DNA of 63,950 nucleotides, counting the filler, from Sphacelaria rigidula (lineage: Eukaryota): the NCBI GenBank assembly GCA_964200075.2. It is 5 parts of 5 records of this genome, joined end to end, with 100 filler letters (N's around TTAATTAATTAA, not from the genome) between each part and the next. Parts side by side here need not be neighbours in the genome. Positions count along the whole stretch, not along the records: positions 51,244 to 63,950 come from CAXNAA020003486.1; 4 more parts are not named here. One strand, written 5' to 3'. Positions 63,621 to 63,950 of the stretch are shown piece by piece (position 1 is the stretch's first letter; every line of letters begins with the position of its first letter). The translations under genes and the position numbers were made by a program. Below the pieces are notes generated by a model. The model was not told the DNA's origin, made no database searches, and was given only the letters and a program-made list of their open reading frames with translations.

Positions 63621-63950
63621 CAAAGATCCAACGAACATGGGTGAACATCTTGCCAACACACCGGCCCGAACGGCATCATGCGGCGACAGCATCAGACCGT
63701 TGCCGGATCTGCAACTTGCGGCTCGGAAACGGGTATGGACACCGACCTGATTCCGGATTGGAGCAGAAATGCTTGAAGCGAACGGCGCAGACTGTAAAAT
63801 CGGGTGTCTTTCTCCGATCGCTGCCGTTGCACCCACGTCCCTTCCAGACAAGCAAGTTGCAGATCCGGCAACGGTCTGATGCTGTCGCCGCATGATGCCG
63901 TTCGGGCCGGTGTGTTGGCAAGATGTTCACCCATGTTCGTTGGATCTTTG
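63621..63950. repeat. Perfect 99-bp inverted repeat cut by the end of the sequence
   Basis: 63621-63719 is the exact reverse complement of 63852-63950. Confidence 0.95.

Overview
Eukaryotic, intron-rich and transposon-dense DNA. Gene structure and repeat content point to a brown alga (Phaeophyceae), which is an inference. The window is not one locus: it is five contigs of near-identical, non-increasing length (12711, 12711, 12711, 12710, 12707 bp) joined by 100-bp N44-TTAATTAATTAA-N44 linkers, so nothing should be joined across them. Contig 1 holds a decayed Ty3/Gypsy element next to an internally deleted Ty1/Copia element whose truncated RT is fused in frame to an unrelated ORF. Contig 2 holds six phase-compatible minus-strand exons of an unknown protein plus MITEs and a non-autonomous Tc1/mariner-like element. 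Contig 3 holds a decayed LINE, foldback elements, exons of a membrane protein with a DEG/ENaC-like post-TM1 motif, and a 42-bp GAGCTA array. Contig 4 holds a 4.3-kb 45-bp tandem array with higher-order structure and a PARP16-like pseudogene with a MITE inside an exon. Contig 5 holds a kinesin-2 gene (N-terminus missing, about 15 exons) with a candidate antisense multi-exon unit in its introns. No CRISPR, rRNA or intact tRNA genes were found. All homology calls are motif recognition by eye, not database searches.
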